The notes under the pieces are model-generated. The model made no database searches. It was not told the DNA's origin and saw nothing but the letters and a program-made list of their open reading frames with translations. DNA of 64,000 nucleotides from the NCBI RefSeq assembly GCF_009914755.1, contig NC_060939.1; one strand, written 5' to 3'. The stretch is from the human T2T-CHM13v2.0 reference genome, Homo sapiens. Made by a program: the position numbers and the translations under genes. Of this stretch, positions 36,063-49,892 are shown in pieces. Numbering within the stretch: position 1 is the stretch's first letter; each line of letters begins with the position of its first letter.

Positions 36063-37424
36063 AGTTTTGAAAGTTAGAGAATATGTTTGGTAGGATTTTT
36101 TTTAAATACTGCCTCCCCAAAAGGAAAAAAGCTGTATGTATATCAGTACTTTTACAGCTATCTTACATTTTATATTTGATTGGTAATTTCCTTCCAGGCA
36201 TTTTTTTCCCTCTACAGTTAAACACACTTAACAACTGTTAAGTTTTAGAATTGGCTATGAAGCGAAGAGAAACCTTTCATTTCTTCTTATACTTAAAAAA
36301 AAATAGCTTTTTATTTTTCTTTTCTGTATTTCCTCATCCTCAAAAATAGATTCTACACACCAATATTTGAGGGATGGTGGGGCAACTACCACAAAATACA
36401 AGAGGCTCTCTTCTGGAAATGTAAAAATGTTAGAATTCCTAGGAACTTTTCATGATTTATGAGCCTAACCTAACATTTAAAACTGAGCCCATGCTGGTAA
36501 ATCTGGGCTACACAGTCATACATACATAGAACTCTGGAATCACAACACATCCACTGTGCACTGGAAGAGTTCTGTAATCTCCTTCTAATGTGCACCTTGG
36601 CTCTCCCCTCCCTTGGGTTCTTTGAAATTTTTTTTTTAAATAAGGTATGTTTATTTCTTATTTACCTACTAACTACAGAAGGTAGACTCACAATGTGCCA
36701 ATATTAAAATGTTATCATTCCTCATTAAAATATTTACTTAAGTGTTTTATTACATGACTTACCAGCAATGGAAGAATCTCATCTGAGAGTAGTTCTCAAC
36801 TGTCATCTATGAAAATCTTTAGAAATACCAAATCATCAGAATTACTTTAATTTCCTGGCTTTTAATCATAAAGCATTCCTACTGGTCAACAATTCTACAA
36901 TCTGAAAACAGGGACATCTGTACCATATAGTCCCAATGATTTATTATTCTGAAATTTTCCTCTGGGTTATTTTTACACTGTAATTAGAGTTCAAACTTCC
37001 ATAGCGCCTAGCCTAAAATTAAACCCAGAATTATGCCAATTTATGCCTGCTATATATGCACACACAAAAGACTTATAATGCAATATACTAAAAGAACTAA
37101 AGGTAGGTGGGTTTTTCCTTGAAGGAATCATAGCTACATTATTTTCAAGTTTAATCTGTTACATTCACCTGCCTATCAAATAAATGTAGCACTTAAACGC
37201 ATAAAACAAAATTTGATTTAGTGACAAAAAACCATTAGCTTCTAATTTAACTTCAAAACGCTTTTCAAAAAATCTACCCCATCTAATTCTAAGTGAACCA
37301 GACCACACTTGATAGAAAACTGTTGTTCTAAAAACCATACGTACTTAACACAAACAGTAAACATATGAGAACATTTAGTCTTCTATTAATGTCTTACAAA
37401 ATATTTCAATGTGGCTGGTTATAA

Positions 37425-37638
<214 letters not shown>

Positions 37639-38169
37639 CTTATATTTCCGTTTGAGCTGTTATTATCAACTGGAGTAACATTTCTAGTTGGGGAAAAAAG
37701 AACTGATCCTTATCTGTAGATGAACACTTATACATTCAGCACTTACAAATAACTGAATGTGGGCATGAAAAAAAGAATGACAGATGATAAACATTTACTG
37801 TTCTCAAAATAAATTACCTAATCTCAGTTGAGATAAACACGACTCAGAATTCAATTAACAGTATAATATAAAGAAGCCCCAAACCAATGAGTGCAAAAAG
37901 AAAGACTCTCAAGGAAGGCTTCCCTGAGTAATATTTAGGTTGAGCCCTATAAGATAGAAGGAAGATGGATAACTCAAGAAACTAAAAGCAGCCTGTGTGG
38001 TAAGATGGTACTGACCAAAGGGGAATGCACAGGAAGGTAAGGCTCAGAAAGTAGACAGAACCCTATCAAAGCAAAATTTTAAATAGAAAGCACTCTTCTA
38101 TTTCAAAATAACTGTTATTTGTTCACAATAATACAAAGGAATTATAAACTACTAAAACTAACAAACCAA

Positions 38170-38200
38170 AGTGGGCAACATAGGAAGACCCCATCTCTAC

Positions 38201-38231
<31 letters not shown>

Positions 38232-38412
38232 CACAAAACTTAGCAGGGCCTGGAGGTGCCTGCCTGCAGTCCCAGCTACTTGGGAGGCTGAGGCAAGACT
38301 ATCGCTTGAGGCCAGGGGGTTCAAGGATGCAGGGAGCTATGATCATGGCACTGCACTCCAGCCTGGGGAAGAGAGGGAGACCCTGTCTCCTGGAAAAAAA
38401 AAAAAAAAAAAA
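38170..38412 (+). mobile_element. 5'-truncated AluJ with two long A tracts
   Basis: gggcaacataggaagaccccatctctac-A(n)...ccagcctgggg-A(n). Confidence 0.85.
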
Positions 38413-38459
38413 GGTGGGTGGGGTGGGGAGAATTCAATAATTAGGACGAATAGACTTTA

Positions 38460-38840
38460 AAATGTAGTTTATACACACAGTGGAATACTACTCAGCTATA
38501 AAAATAAGAATAAAACCCTGTAATTTGCAGGAACACGGATGGAACAAGAAGCCATTATGTTAAGTGAAATAAGCCAAACACAGAAAGACAAATACCACAT
38601 GTTCTCACTCATACATGGGCTAAAAAAGTATATCTCAAGAAGATAAGCATAGACTGGTGGTTACTAGCAGCCGAAGTGGGGAGTGAGAGGACAAAGGCAG
38701 AAGAACATAACTGTATTTATTATTGCTGAACTGTACACTTAAAAAACTGTACACTTAAAAAATCATTAAAAATGAACTGTACACTTAAAAAAGATGGTAA
38801 ATTATGTATGTATATTTAACCTCAATACAAAATTTTAAAA
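38460..38840 (+). mobile_element. L1MA/MB 3' fragment
   Basis: ggaatactactcagctataaaa...cagaaagacaaataccacatgttctcactcat. Confidence 0.8.
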
Positions 38841-40162
38841 ATTCAATACTTAATGCTGGAACAACTAGCTTTTCATATTTAAAATAAAAAATCCTAACTC
38901 CTTTCAGATGAACCTAAATGCAAATAACAAAGAGTAACAAAAAATCCTCAACTATTAGCAGACAATATAAAAAGAGGATTTCTTAAACAAAAAGCACAAT
39001 CATAAAGAAAAAGACATGATTTTTACATCAAAAATTAAGGCTCATACTACCAGAGAATACTACAATGGGCAGGATTTTATATTTTACTCTTATTCTGGTA
39101 ACTTTCTTTGGCTGCACTGTAAAGTAAGAAGGTTGGATGAAATGATCTTCATGGTCCTTTTCAACATAAATGTTGTACGATAATGTGCCTTTCCTTTAAA
39201 AACATTTATTTTTGAGATATTTAAAACATACAGAAAATAATAAATTTCCTATCCTTTTACCTACCATTCAGAATAATCAAGCAACTGTAAATTAAAATGA
39301 GATAGCATTTCACATGCCTCAAATTAGTAACTATTTTAAAATCTGACAATCCCAAGTATGGGTGAGGATGCTAGAAATGCCCACATAATGCTGATAAAGT
39401 ATACATGGGCATATCCATTTAGGAAAAGAATTTACCAATATCTAGTAACCAGCAATTTCACTTCTACGGTTTTTCCCAAAACACCTGCACATACACTCAT
39501 GTAAAAATAAACACTGCAGCATTATTTATAATAGCAAAAAGAAAACAACTCAAAATATCCATCAATAGTGGGACACATACATTTTATCTATGCATAAAAT
39601 GAAGTGCCATACAGCAGTGAAACTGAATAAACTACATGTACACGCATCAACATATACACCTCAAAAACTTGATACTGAGTTTAAAAAAATCAAGCTATTG
39701 AAAGACAGCGTTATACATATCTGTAAAAATTTAATACAAAAACCAACACCACATATCACTTACAGATACATGTACACATGTATAGTAAAAGTATAAAACA
39801 AGGATGTGAAATTTACTTAAGAATCTCAAGACAGTTGTTACTTTGTGTAGAGACGGGTAACAGGACTTGAACAGTTGGGGTTGTTAAAAGTGATTATATA
39901 ACCGCATCCTTTCCCCCAAGGGATAAAAATGGACATAATTTATATTTCTAGGTGGTGGATAAATAGGCACTTGCTATGTCATTTTCTGGATGTTTTAAAA
40001 ATTTTACAATTAAAACATATACACTTATTTTAAAAACAAACAAAAGACATATTAGCATATAATGTCCAAGCTGATAATTACCTTGGAAGATTATCTAATA
40101 TAAACCTCCCTACTTCACTAAAAAAAAAATTACAAAAGATATCAGAATAAAAATATGATACA

Positions 40163-40298
40163 GGCTGGACGCAGTGGCTCATGTCTATAATCCCAGCACT
40201 TTGGGACGCCAAGGCAGGAGGATCACTTGAGCCCAGGAGTCAAGACCAGGCTGGGTAATATAGTGAAACTTCATCTCTACAAAAACAAACAAACAAAC
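40163..40298 (+). mobile_element. FLAM / Alu left monomer
   Basis: Single monomer with CAAA tail. Confidence 0.85.
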
Positions 40299-40318
40299 AT
40301 TTTTTTAAGAATGTAATA

Positions 40319-40620
40319 GGATTGGTGTGGTGGCTCATGCCTGTAATCCCAGTGCTTTCAGAGGTTGAGGCAGGCAGATCACCTGAGGTTAGGAGTTTGA
40401 AACCAGCATGGCCAACATGGTGAAACCCTGTATCTACTAAAAATACAAAAATTAGCCGGGCGTGGTAGTGCACACCTGTAGTCCCTGCTACTCAGGAGGC
40501 TGAGGCAGGAGAATCACTTGAACCCAGGAGGCGGAGGCTGCAGTGAGCTAAGACTGCACCATTGCACACCAGCCTGGGCAACAGGGCGAGACTACATCTC
40601 AGGAGGAAAAACAAAAAAAA
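40319..40620 (+). mobile_element. AluSx
   Basis: Full dimer. Confidence 0.95.
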
Positions 40621-40623
40621 ACC

Positions 40624-40982
40624 TATATATATATATATATATTTATATGTATTATATATATATAATACATATATATAAGATTATATATATATTATATATA
40701 TAATACATATATATAAGATTATATATATATTATATATATAATACATATATATATTATATATATATTATATATATAATACATATATATAAGATTATATATA
40801 TATTATATATATAATACATATATATAAGATTATATATATATTATATATATAATACATATATATAAGATTATATATATATTATATATATAATACATATATA
40901 TAAGATTATATATATATTATATATATAATACATATATATAAGATTATATATATATTATATATATAATACATATATATAAGAT
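40624..40982. repeat. AT-rich minisatellite, 38-bp unit, ~9 copies
   Basis: Unit ATTATATATATATTATATATATAATACATATATATAAG; its G recurs at 40679, 40717, 40790, 40828, 40866, 40904, 40942 and 40980. Confidence 0.95.
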
Positions 40983-41938
40983 AAATACTATTGTAGCAGG
41001 GCAATTTTGGACAAATACTAGGTTATCTGAAACAGCACTTTGGGGAATTAGATCTTGACCATTTAAGAGAGAGATTAGCCCCAATTTCTCAAAATCTGGC
41101 ACTGACTAGCAATATGGACAATGTGTGCACCGCCCTCGTTCCACCTCCCCTCCTAGGAATGCCATGTCAAATTCAGCACAGGCATAGGCAGTAAAACTGA
41201 CCCCTAGTTCTGCCTATCACTATTTAAAATTACTTTAAGTGTTGAGGACTGTCCCCACAGCAGATATCTAAAAGTAGGCCTGAAAGAACTAGAAAGTAGT
41301 TCATGCATCCAGCAGTTACAAATGCCTAAAACTGTACATGAAAAAACAAAACAAAGAAATGAACTGAGAGCAAACATTTACTGTTTTCTTATAATCTTCA
41401 ATCCAGGATTTAAGAAATTATTTAATATCAGTTGAGATACGTGACCAACCCATTCTCCAGCTGAGATCCATCTATTTTTAAATTCACTCCCCCAGCCTTT
41501 CATTCAGCCTAAAAGAGGGAATAAGAATGGGAAGGTGGGAAGGACTTATCCCATACTGAGTTAAATAAGACCACAAGATCTTTTCATTTTTACAATATTT
41601 GAAATACAGTACACTGAGCAATAAATTTAAAGAAATATGCATGATTTGAAATGCAGAAATCTTGATTTATGTGTATAAAAGACCAAAATTAGCTCAGTTC
41701 GTCTAATACACTACACTTAAGTGTTCTTCAATACTACAGTCAACTTTTCAGAAATATTCCCATTCTGTGAAGCAGGATGTATTCCTACCTTGATTACCAA
41801 ACTTTATCCACGTAACTTCCTATTCTCCCACTCTGTTCTTTAAACATGTTCAACATGTTACAGAGATGGCAAAATGTGTTACAAAAGGGAATGAGAATGA
41901 AGCAGCTTAAGTAATTAGGAAAACTTTACACTTCTTAG

Positions 41939-42273
<335 letters not shown>

Positions 42274-43824
42274 TAAACAGCATATTTTCAATCACCAACA
42301 CACAACATGACCACTGACTTCAGAAAACTAGGAAAGAAAAATGTTACCCAATTAATCTTTGTGTGAAACAGGATTTATCCATTAGTATACGTATCACATA
42401 CCATAGATGCACAAAAGATTTTTTCAATTCCCAAAACAAAAACTTAAAATATTTAGCAAAGATAATATAAAAATCCTTATTTATGGCACGCTGTAAGATT
42501 ATCAATATTGGTGCATATAACCACAGAGGCACAATAGAATTCTTAGGAAAAATGTATTAAGACAATTAACAAGCTGGAAATAACCCATATTTCCCCTTAT
42601 GACCCATTAGCTTTATATAGAAAACACTGCTGTGCACTTCATCCTTTGCTTTCTAAAGAACAGCATTATGGTTCACATCTGTTAAGAGACAAAAAAGTAT
42701 TTGTTGGAAGTACGAAAGGAAGAAATTCCTGTACTGTTACATGCAGTGCCAAAGGAATCATCTGAGAAGAAAATAAAGAACATGAGTTTAACATGAGCTT
42801 TAGAGAGGGATTACAAGAGTGCAAGAAAGTGACAAAATGTGACATATGTCCATAGTGAATACATGGTGCTTTATTGTTTTCAGTATTTCTATATTTAATT
42901 AGGAGGTGGAAAGTTTCAGAATTTATTCTGCATCACAAAGATTATAAAAATATATGAGTTGGGGTGTTGGCTACAGTACACAAAGGCAATTCTAAGACTA
43001 CTTATTAACAGAAGCTTGAAATGGAAAAGCCATCCCTTCTGATTTCATTACATGAAAAGAACCTGTGTAGAAGTACAGCAATGGTAGCATCTTCATTCAG
43101 CCCACAGCTATGTAATTTGTATGCAAGAGTGCTTGTCTTAAATATGAAAAGGAACATCCTGAATTGCTGAAAGTATATACAACGGGCACACATCCAGAAC
43201 TAGGAAAGAGCTACCAAGCCTGCATGCTACGAAGACATGGGTCAAAAAATTTTTCTCATGTTTGGTTTCTATAACTAAAGTCTGTGCTAGACTAACCTCA
43301 ATTGATCCTGAGGAGATGAACTTCTGGAACACACAAAACTGTTAAGAGTCACAGCATTAGACTCTACACTGTCCAGCCAACAGTTTTAAGAAAAATTTTA
43401 TCCTACTTGTATGAGTGTTCAGGGCTCATATACTACCTCTATGCTCTTACTTGAAACACAGATGCAGACCTTAATAAATAAAGTCTTACATCAGACTCTC
43501 TTCTATAATTCACATGTGATTCCTTACACGAGATTCCTGTTCAGATTTCCTGAAAATGAACTATAGGAATAATCTTACCCAATATGATTCTATGTCCCCT
43601 AAAAATATCTTTTCCTTTCAGGTCAATCTTATGATTCACTTGCCATTGATCAGATTAACACAACAGGTCTGGTACAGCAAATTACAAAAGAGATTTGACT
43701 TTTGATTAATACACTGAATAATGTATCACAAACTATTAAGATCCATTGTCCATGTCAAATGGAGTTCACATATTTAAAATGAATTCACACACTAAAAATT
43801 CCCCAAAACAACGTTTCTAAAAAG

Positions 43825-44118
43825 TTTTTTTTTTTTTTTTTTTGAGAGGCAGTCTCACTCTGTCGCCAAGCAGTAGCATGATCTTGGCTCACTGCAACCT
43901 CCGCCTCCCGTGTTCAAGCGTTTCCCCTGCCTCAGCCTCCTGAGTAGTTGGGACTACAGGCATGCGCCACCACGTCCGGCTAATTTTTTTTTTGTATTTT
44001 AGTAGAGATGAGGTTTCACCGTGTTGGCCAGGATGGTCTCGATCTCCTGATCTCGTGATCCGCCCGCCTCGGCTTCCCAAAGTGCTGGGATGACAGGCGT
44101 GAGCCATGGCACTTGGCC
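43825..44118 (-). mobile_element. AluSc-like
   Basis: Reverse dimer; TSD TCTAAAAAG at 43816-43824 and 44119-44127. Confidence 0.95.
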
Positions 44119-44426
44119 TCTAAAAAGCTCTTAATCTACATTTTCAAGAATGATCACGTTTGAAAAGCATACTCTTTTAAAACAAAGCAACTATCACTTT
44201 CATTTGACAAAAGAAGGAACGAAGGCTTCAAAAGCTAAATAACCTGCTCATGACCATTACGAAGCTAGTTAAAACAACCTCAAGACCAAAAGACAGTGCT
44301 CATTCCATTTCAATGACTCTGATGCACTTAAAATTTTATAAATAATTTTTAGGGATATCAGTCATAAGGCTTAGAATCAAATAGTAACGACTCATGTACA
44401 AAGACCAGTATTTTTTAAAAATGCTC

Positions 44427-44730
44427 AGCTGGGCATGGTAGCTCACACCTGTAATCCTAGCACCTTGGGAGGCCAAGCCGCTTGAGACCAGGAGTTTGAA
44501 ACCAACCTGAACACGGCAAGACCCCATCTCCACAAAAAAATGAAAAAATAAAAAAATTAGCCAGGCATGGTGGCATATGCTAATCCCACCTACTCAGGAG
44601 GGTGAGATGGGAGGATCACTCCAGCCTGAGACTGCAATGAGTTATGACAGCACCACTGCACTCCAACTTGGGCAACACAGCGAGACCCTGTCTCTAAACA
44701 AATAAACAATAAGTAAAATAAACAAAAAGA
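44427..44730 (+). mobile_element. AluJ
   Basis: Diverged dimer; AAAATGCT on both flanks. Confidence 0.9.
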
Positions 44731-44928
44731 AAATGCTAACTTTACTTCACTCTCAGATAGGCCTAATAATTAATAAGCTTCTTTTTGAATTATTATCCAT
44801 AATGGCATTTACCTGTTATTGATAACTCAGATCAAAGCACTACTAAGCAACATTTTTGATAGCAAATGAAAACAAAAGCTGGCAAAGAAACTGTGTATTA
44901 ATAAGTCATTTGATTAAAAAAAAGGACT

Positions 44929-45045
44929 TGGCCAGGTATTGTGGCTCATGCCTGTAATCCCAACACACTGGGAAGCTAAAGTAAAAGCTGAGGAGTTCAA
45001 GACCAGCCTGGGCAACACAGTGAGACCCCCATCTCTATAAAACAA
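44929..45045 (+). mobile_element. FLAM
   Basis: Alu left-monomer sequence. Confidence 0.8.
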
Positions 45046-45593
45046 AAATTTTTAATATTATCTTTTTACAAAGGACTTATTTATATGGCATCTTCAAGTA
45101 TTTCAAACATTTCGTGTTTGGATTATGGAATATGTCTCCAGAAGAATTAACATTATTTCTATTTAAGGTAATTTTACATCATTTCCTTTATTAGAAGAAA
45201 TAACAGATCTGCAGATGGCATTTTGTGAAGGCTGCCTTCTATTAATAGTGTACAAAACACTCATATGTCTCCAAAAAGGTGGGTGAGTAATCACAAAGCA
45301 AGTATAACTATTCATCCCAAAAGGTAGGACAGAACATGTGCCAATGTGTGCAGAGTCCTGAACTAGAGACATGGACTCTGGTTCTGGTTCTGACACCTGG
45401 GTGACTTTAAGAAAATCATTTTAAAGCTTTGCACTCCAATTTCCTCTTGTATAAAATGACTGGAGCAGCTGACCTCATAGACAATCCTACTCAGGTAGCA
45501 TCTATCCATGTACTGCCAGAAGACAGAATGATAATCATGCCCCCCAAAATTAGAGTATTTGAAGACAACTGCCGGAGTAAAAATTTTAAATTC

Positions 45594-45646
45594 TATATAC
45601 ATATATATACACACACACACACAGACACACACACACACACACACAC
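45594..45646. repeat. (TA)n(CA)n microsatellite; a second (CA)n at 45859-45884
   Basis: Direct reading. Confidence 0.95.
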
Positions 45647-45854
45647 AAATACTAATACACTACGTGCCAGATACTGGGGTGGTGGGCTGGGACCAAGGAA
45701 TGAAGTAATGCATGTGCCAGAGGGTTGAACTTTTTAAAAGGAGTAAAAAAGTAAATCTTTACAGTAGCAGCTGGTGGGTAGGAGGTATTGAGTCCATAGA
45801 ACTGCTCTTAGATTGGAAGGGCATGGGAAAATGAAGTTCCATTATGTGATAGGG

Positions 45855-45885
<31 letters not shown>

Positions 45886-46050
45886 AATGTGAGAAAGTCA
45901 CTCAACTATAAGCATTCAAAAAAGACAGACATCTTTCTTGTCTTTGTGGGTCCTGTACTTAGCTCAGCTCATAGAAGCCACAGGAGGAACCTAATAAATG
46001 TTAGTTGATCATTTACTGATTTACCAATAACCAATTCATGCCTGCTCTAG

Positions 46051-46399
46051 TGCTGTGGTCTGAATGTGTCCCCCAAAATTCATGTTGAAAGCCTAACCTC
46101 CAAGGTGATAGTATTAAGAGGTGGGGCCTTTGGGAAGCTTTGCCATCATTAATGGAATTAATGCCTCTATAAAAGAGGCCCTATAGAGCCCCGTCTACTC
46201 TTCTACTACATGAGGTAATGGTGAAAAGACAGCTAGCTATCTATGAACAAGGGAAGAGGGCCCTCACTAAGATGTCAAATTTGTTGGTACCTTGATCTTG
46301 GACTTCTCAGCCCCCAGAACCGTGAGAAATAAACTTCTGTTGTTTATAAGCCATGCTGTCTGTGGTGTTTTGTAATAGCAGCCAGAACAGACTAAGACA
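46051..46399 (+). mobile_element. MLT1A-type MaLR solo LTR
   Basis: TG...CA termini, gtcccccaaaattcatgttgaa, AATAAA 46328-46333; perfect TSD TCTAG at 46046-46050 and 46400-46404. Confidence 0.92.
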
Positions 46400-46559
46400 T
46401 CTAGTAACACATTCTCTGGTAAACACTAGGAATTCCTGGCCTTAAAAAGTTCATAGCTAATGAGAAAAGAAATAAACAACATAAAGGATAACATGCTGTA
46501 GTCCACTACATACAAGGTGCTTCCAGACCATTCAGAAAAACTGGATAGGAAGATTTCTA

Positions 46560-46730
46560 AGGTAATACTTATTGAGTGCCTACGTGTTAGGCGTTTTACA
46601 TACTTTAAGCCTCACAACTCTGGGGAAGTTTCACCAACCCATTTTACAGATGACAAAACTGTGGCTTACCAAGATTAATAAGGCCAGAATTAAAATTAGG
46701 GTCTAATTCCAAAGATATTACCACTATACA
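46560..46730 (-). mobile_element. MIR
   Basis: ttattgagtgcctac...cccattttacagatgacaaaactgtggctta. Confidence 0.8.
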
Positions 46731-49114
46731 TACCAAGATGTCTTGTTACTACATTTTATCCTTACATTTGGCAGTGAGGGGAAAACTCAAAAAGCAGTCA
46801 AAAAACTTTTGTCCTGAACCAACATAAAAAGAGCACCTAAGACTTCATCCAGTATTTTACCGAAAGATCACTTCTAAAAGTTTGTCTTCACCCCGATCTA
46901 AAAATTAGAAAACTAATTTTCTTTCAGCAGCTGCATATGTACATAATGTAATGTTTCTACATTTAGACCTACACAATTATAAGTCTAAACAAAATATGTG
47001 TAACATGATTGGAGAACATAACTAGCAGTCATTTAAGAAAATGGACATTTGGAAACATCATTTCAAGAGCTTGGGATGAAAAATTTTGCTATGACCTATA
47101 AATCTGGATCATTCCACTGACTGACACTGAGAGAAACAGTGTATTATCACAGTTTACACAGTAAATTTTTTTGGAGGGGAGAGGGAGGAGATTGAAATAG
47201 AAATGATCGAAATAGAAATTATCTAAAGTTTAAGAAATACAACTGATTAAATGTTACATGTCAAAGACACTGTAGGTACCCAATAAATCCTGTTAAATGG
47301 ACTGCACAAGTGGGATGAGAACACGTTTTCCCCACACCTCTGACTAGTATGTACCTTTCTTAGGAAGTTATTTTTTCAGCCATGGGAAAAAAAAGGGCAG
47401 AATTTAGGACAGATAAAACATAAGTAGCTTATAAATCCTCTGAAAGGAAATCAAAACACAGTATTTTGTATCTCTGTATAAAGTTAAGCTCCTCAGGGAC
47501 AGGGGCAATGTCCAGAGGATAGTGAGCATACTACTTAGCAAACTAATGCAGGTTAATAAATATTGACACAGTAAGACTAGCATAGTTTACATTCTAATTT
47601 TGTAAAGATTATAAGTTACCTCTTCATATTCTGTTCTTTTATTTCTCCTGTGTATATTATAAATACACAAAGATTGAAAATTATTTCTTGAAGCTATTTC
47701 CTTTTTTATTTTTTGGTCAACTGTATTAGTGTTTCTTAAAAGGGCTTCTGGTCATCCTTAGGGCTTATCAGTAGCATCATTAATAATGTATTCATTTCAC
47801 TAAAAATGTGGTAAGTAGCTTGGATTTAAAAACAGGATCTAATTTCAAAGCTATTTCCACTATACACACCAAGTTACAACTTTCTTATCTCTCCTAAATT
47901 CTAAATTTTACATGATTTACCAAATCACTTCTTAAGTAAGAGTACTTATTGATCAGAAGTGTGAGACAAACACCTTATCCCACTTGTCCAATTTATTCAA
48001 CAAGATTGATTGGGTACCTTTGTGTCTCTGACAGGTAACTTTCAACAGTTGTATTTCTTAAACTTTAGGTCGTCTCCCAAAAAAATCTATAATAATTTGC
48101 TGCTTCTCTCAATATTGCAGGCAGTAAAATGATCCAAAATTACGGGTCATATCCACATTTCTTCATGATTGAGGTTAACTGTGCACTGTAAACCCCATAT
48201 GCTATTAGTTTACATTTTCAACAGCACCCTCGCCACTTAATAATCTCAAACAGATTTTGGACTGTTACTAATTTAGCATATCCATAAAAAGTCATTTAAA
48301 AAATGTAGACGCTAAATTCTCTTTCAAGGTTGCCAAGCTTCACCAGTGTCTGTATTAAAATTATTTCTAAAATTTTACGGACTAAGGCATTTGGTACATT
48401 CAATTCTACCTTTACCAACAAAAGCCTTTACCACCAAGATGAGGAAAGCATCCTTTTCATTTTCTACACTGAAAAGGGGGGGGGAAAAAAGGCCAACTGC
48501 TTGCATACAGGTCTGCATATAACACAGCAGTCTCTGGCAAAGCCAATAACTCACGTTCAACTTCAGAAATCCTGGTGGCCGGTAACACAGAGTAACCTGT
48601 GCGCACAACCCTTGGGCTTGACATACCACTTCATCCGCCCTCCCTTCCCATCAATCCACCCCCAAAACCCCAACCCACCAAGCACACGGCTAAATATGTC
48701 TTCCCCAAGAGAGCCAAAAACCTTGAAAACGCCGAGAAAGGGCTCCCCTTTGAAGGAAAGGGCCTGCCCTTCCCTGTCTGGGGCCCCGGCTGGCTCGAAG
48801 AGCCTGGCTCCTAGGAGGCCCAAATCTCGACGCCTCGCACGTCCCGCCCCGCCCCGGGCCCGCTCGCGTCCCCTCGGGCGACAAAACCCTCCCGCCGTCG
48901 CTCAGCCAGGACTGACAGTTACGGCTGCAGCAGCCGCGGCCACCAGGGGCCTACTTCTGGCACCAGCCCCTTCGGACCACGCGCCCCCAAACACTCGCCT
49001 CGGCGGCGGGGGGCGGGGAAGGGGGGTGTCGACCTCGCCACAGCGGGCCCCGAAGGCCGGCCGAGTGACGGAGGGGAGCCAGCGCCGCCTGGCGCAGGCC
49101 GCGGCAACACTGAC

Positions 49115-49610
49115 CTGTCGTCGCCCCCGCGCCTGGGCTGCGGCGGCCGCCTCACTGGTCGTAGTCGCCCTCGCCCGCCGCCTCCGCCCGCCACCGCCTC
49201 GTTCTCTTTCGCTGCCGCCACCGCCGGGGCTCATGCGGGACCCGCGCTTCCTTATCCGGAAAACGAGGCCGGGAAAGGGAGCGCCGGGGCCGCCGAAATC
49301 CCGGCGTTCGTCGCCAGCCGCCGCTGCCTGTCCACACCGGGGGGCTGAGGGGCCCTCCTGCCAGGGGCTACAGGCCGCGAGCTATTCCGAGGAGGAGCCG
49401 AAGGAGGCGCCGCCGCCCGCAGCCGAGCGCGCCGGGTCGGCAGAGGTGAAGCGTAAGTAGGCGGCGGATGGCGGGCGCCCGCGCTGGCGGATGGCTACGC
49501 GGCGGAGGGGTGCGCGAGCGAGCGAAGCCTGGTGTGTCGGGTCCTGGCGAAGGGAAAAGGCCCCGTCGTCTCCTGTAGTCACCCCGAGCCCAGCGCCACC
49601 ATCTTGGGAG
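49115..49610 (-). other. UBE3A: UBE3A exon 1 (non-coding, GC-rich 5'UTR)
   Basis: Ends GGCGACGACAG|GTCAGT (donor GT at 49114-49113), inside the CpG island. The 5' boundary is approximate because CpG-island TSSs are dispersed. Confidence 0.85.
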
Positions 49611-49880
49611 ACACACGGATCTCGCGGCCGCGGCGCAAGACGGGAGGACTGGCTGGGCGGGCCGAGTATCCCGGCAGGCAGCGCGCGCCGCCCGGCCGGG
49701 CGAGGGCTCCAGGCCGGGACGCGGGGACGTGGGGCGGGGCCAAGACGCGCGGGAGGGCGCCGCGCTCCGCCCCTCCTTCCTTCGCCGGCCCCGCCTCCCT
49801 CCCGCTTGCCGTCGCCGCCGGCGCACGGGCCATTGGGAAGAGGAGGTGGCCTGCGGCCCCTCGGAGTCCCACCAGGCTCG

Positions 49881-49892
49881 GTCGCCATCTTG
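49881..49892 (-). promoter_or_regulatory. YY1 consensus site (CAAGATGGCG)
   Basis: Plus-strand CGCCATCTTG matches YY1 CGCCATnTT; a second variant CAAGATGGTGGC lies at 49595-49606. Confidence 0.7.

Noticed and set aside
49150-49158. Possible alternative exon-1 donor CCA|GTGAGG
   Set aside because: Weaker than CAG|GTCAGT 41 nt further on; no independent support.
48330-49460. Longest ORF in the track (376 aa, plus strand)
   Set aside because: Starts at TTG, is antisense across the CpG island, is low-complexity Pro/Arg/Ala and shows no recognisable domain; expected from stop-poor GC-rich DNA.
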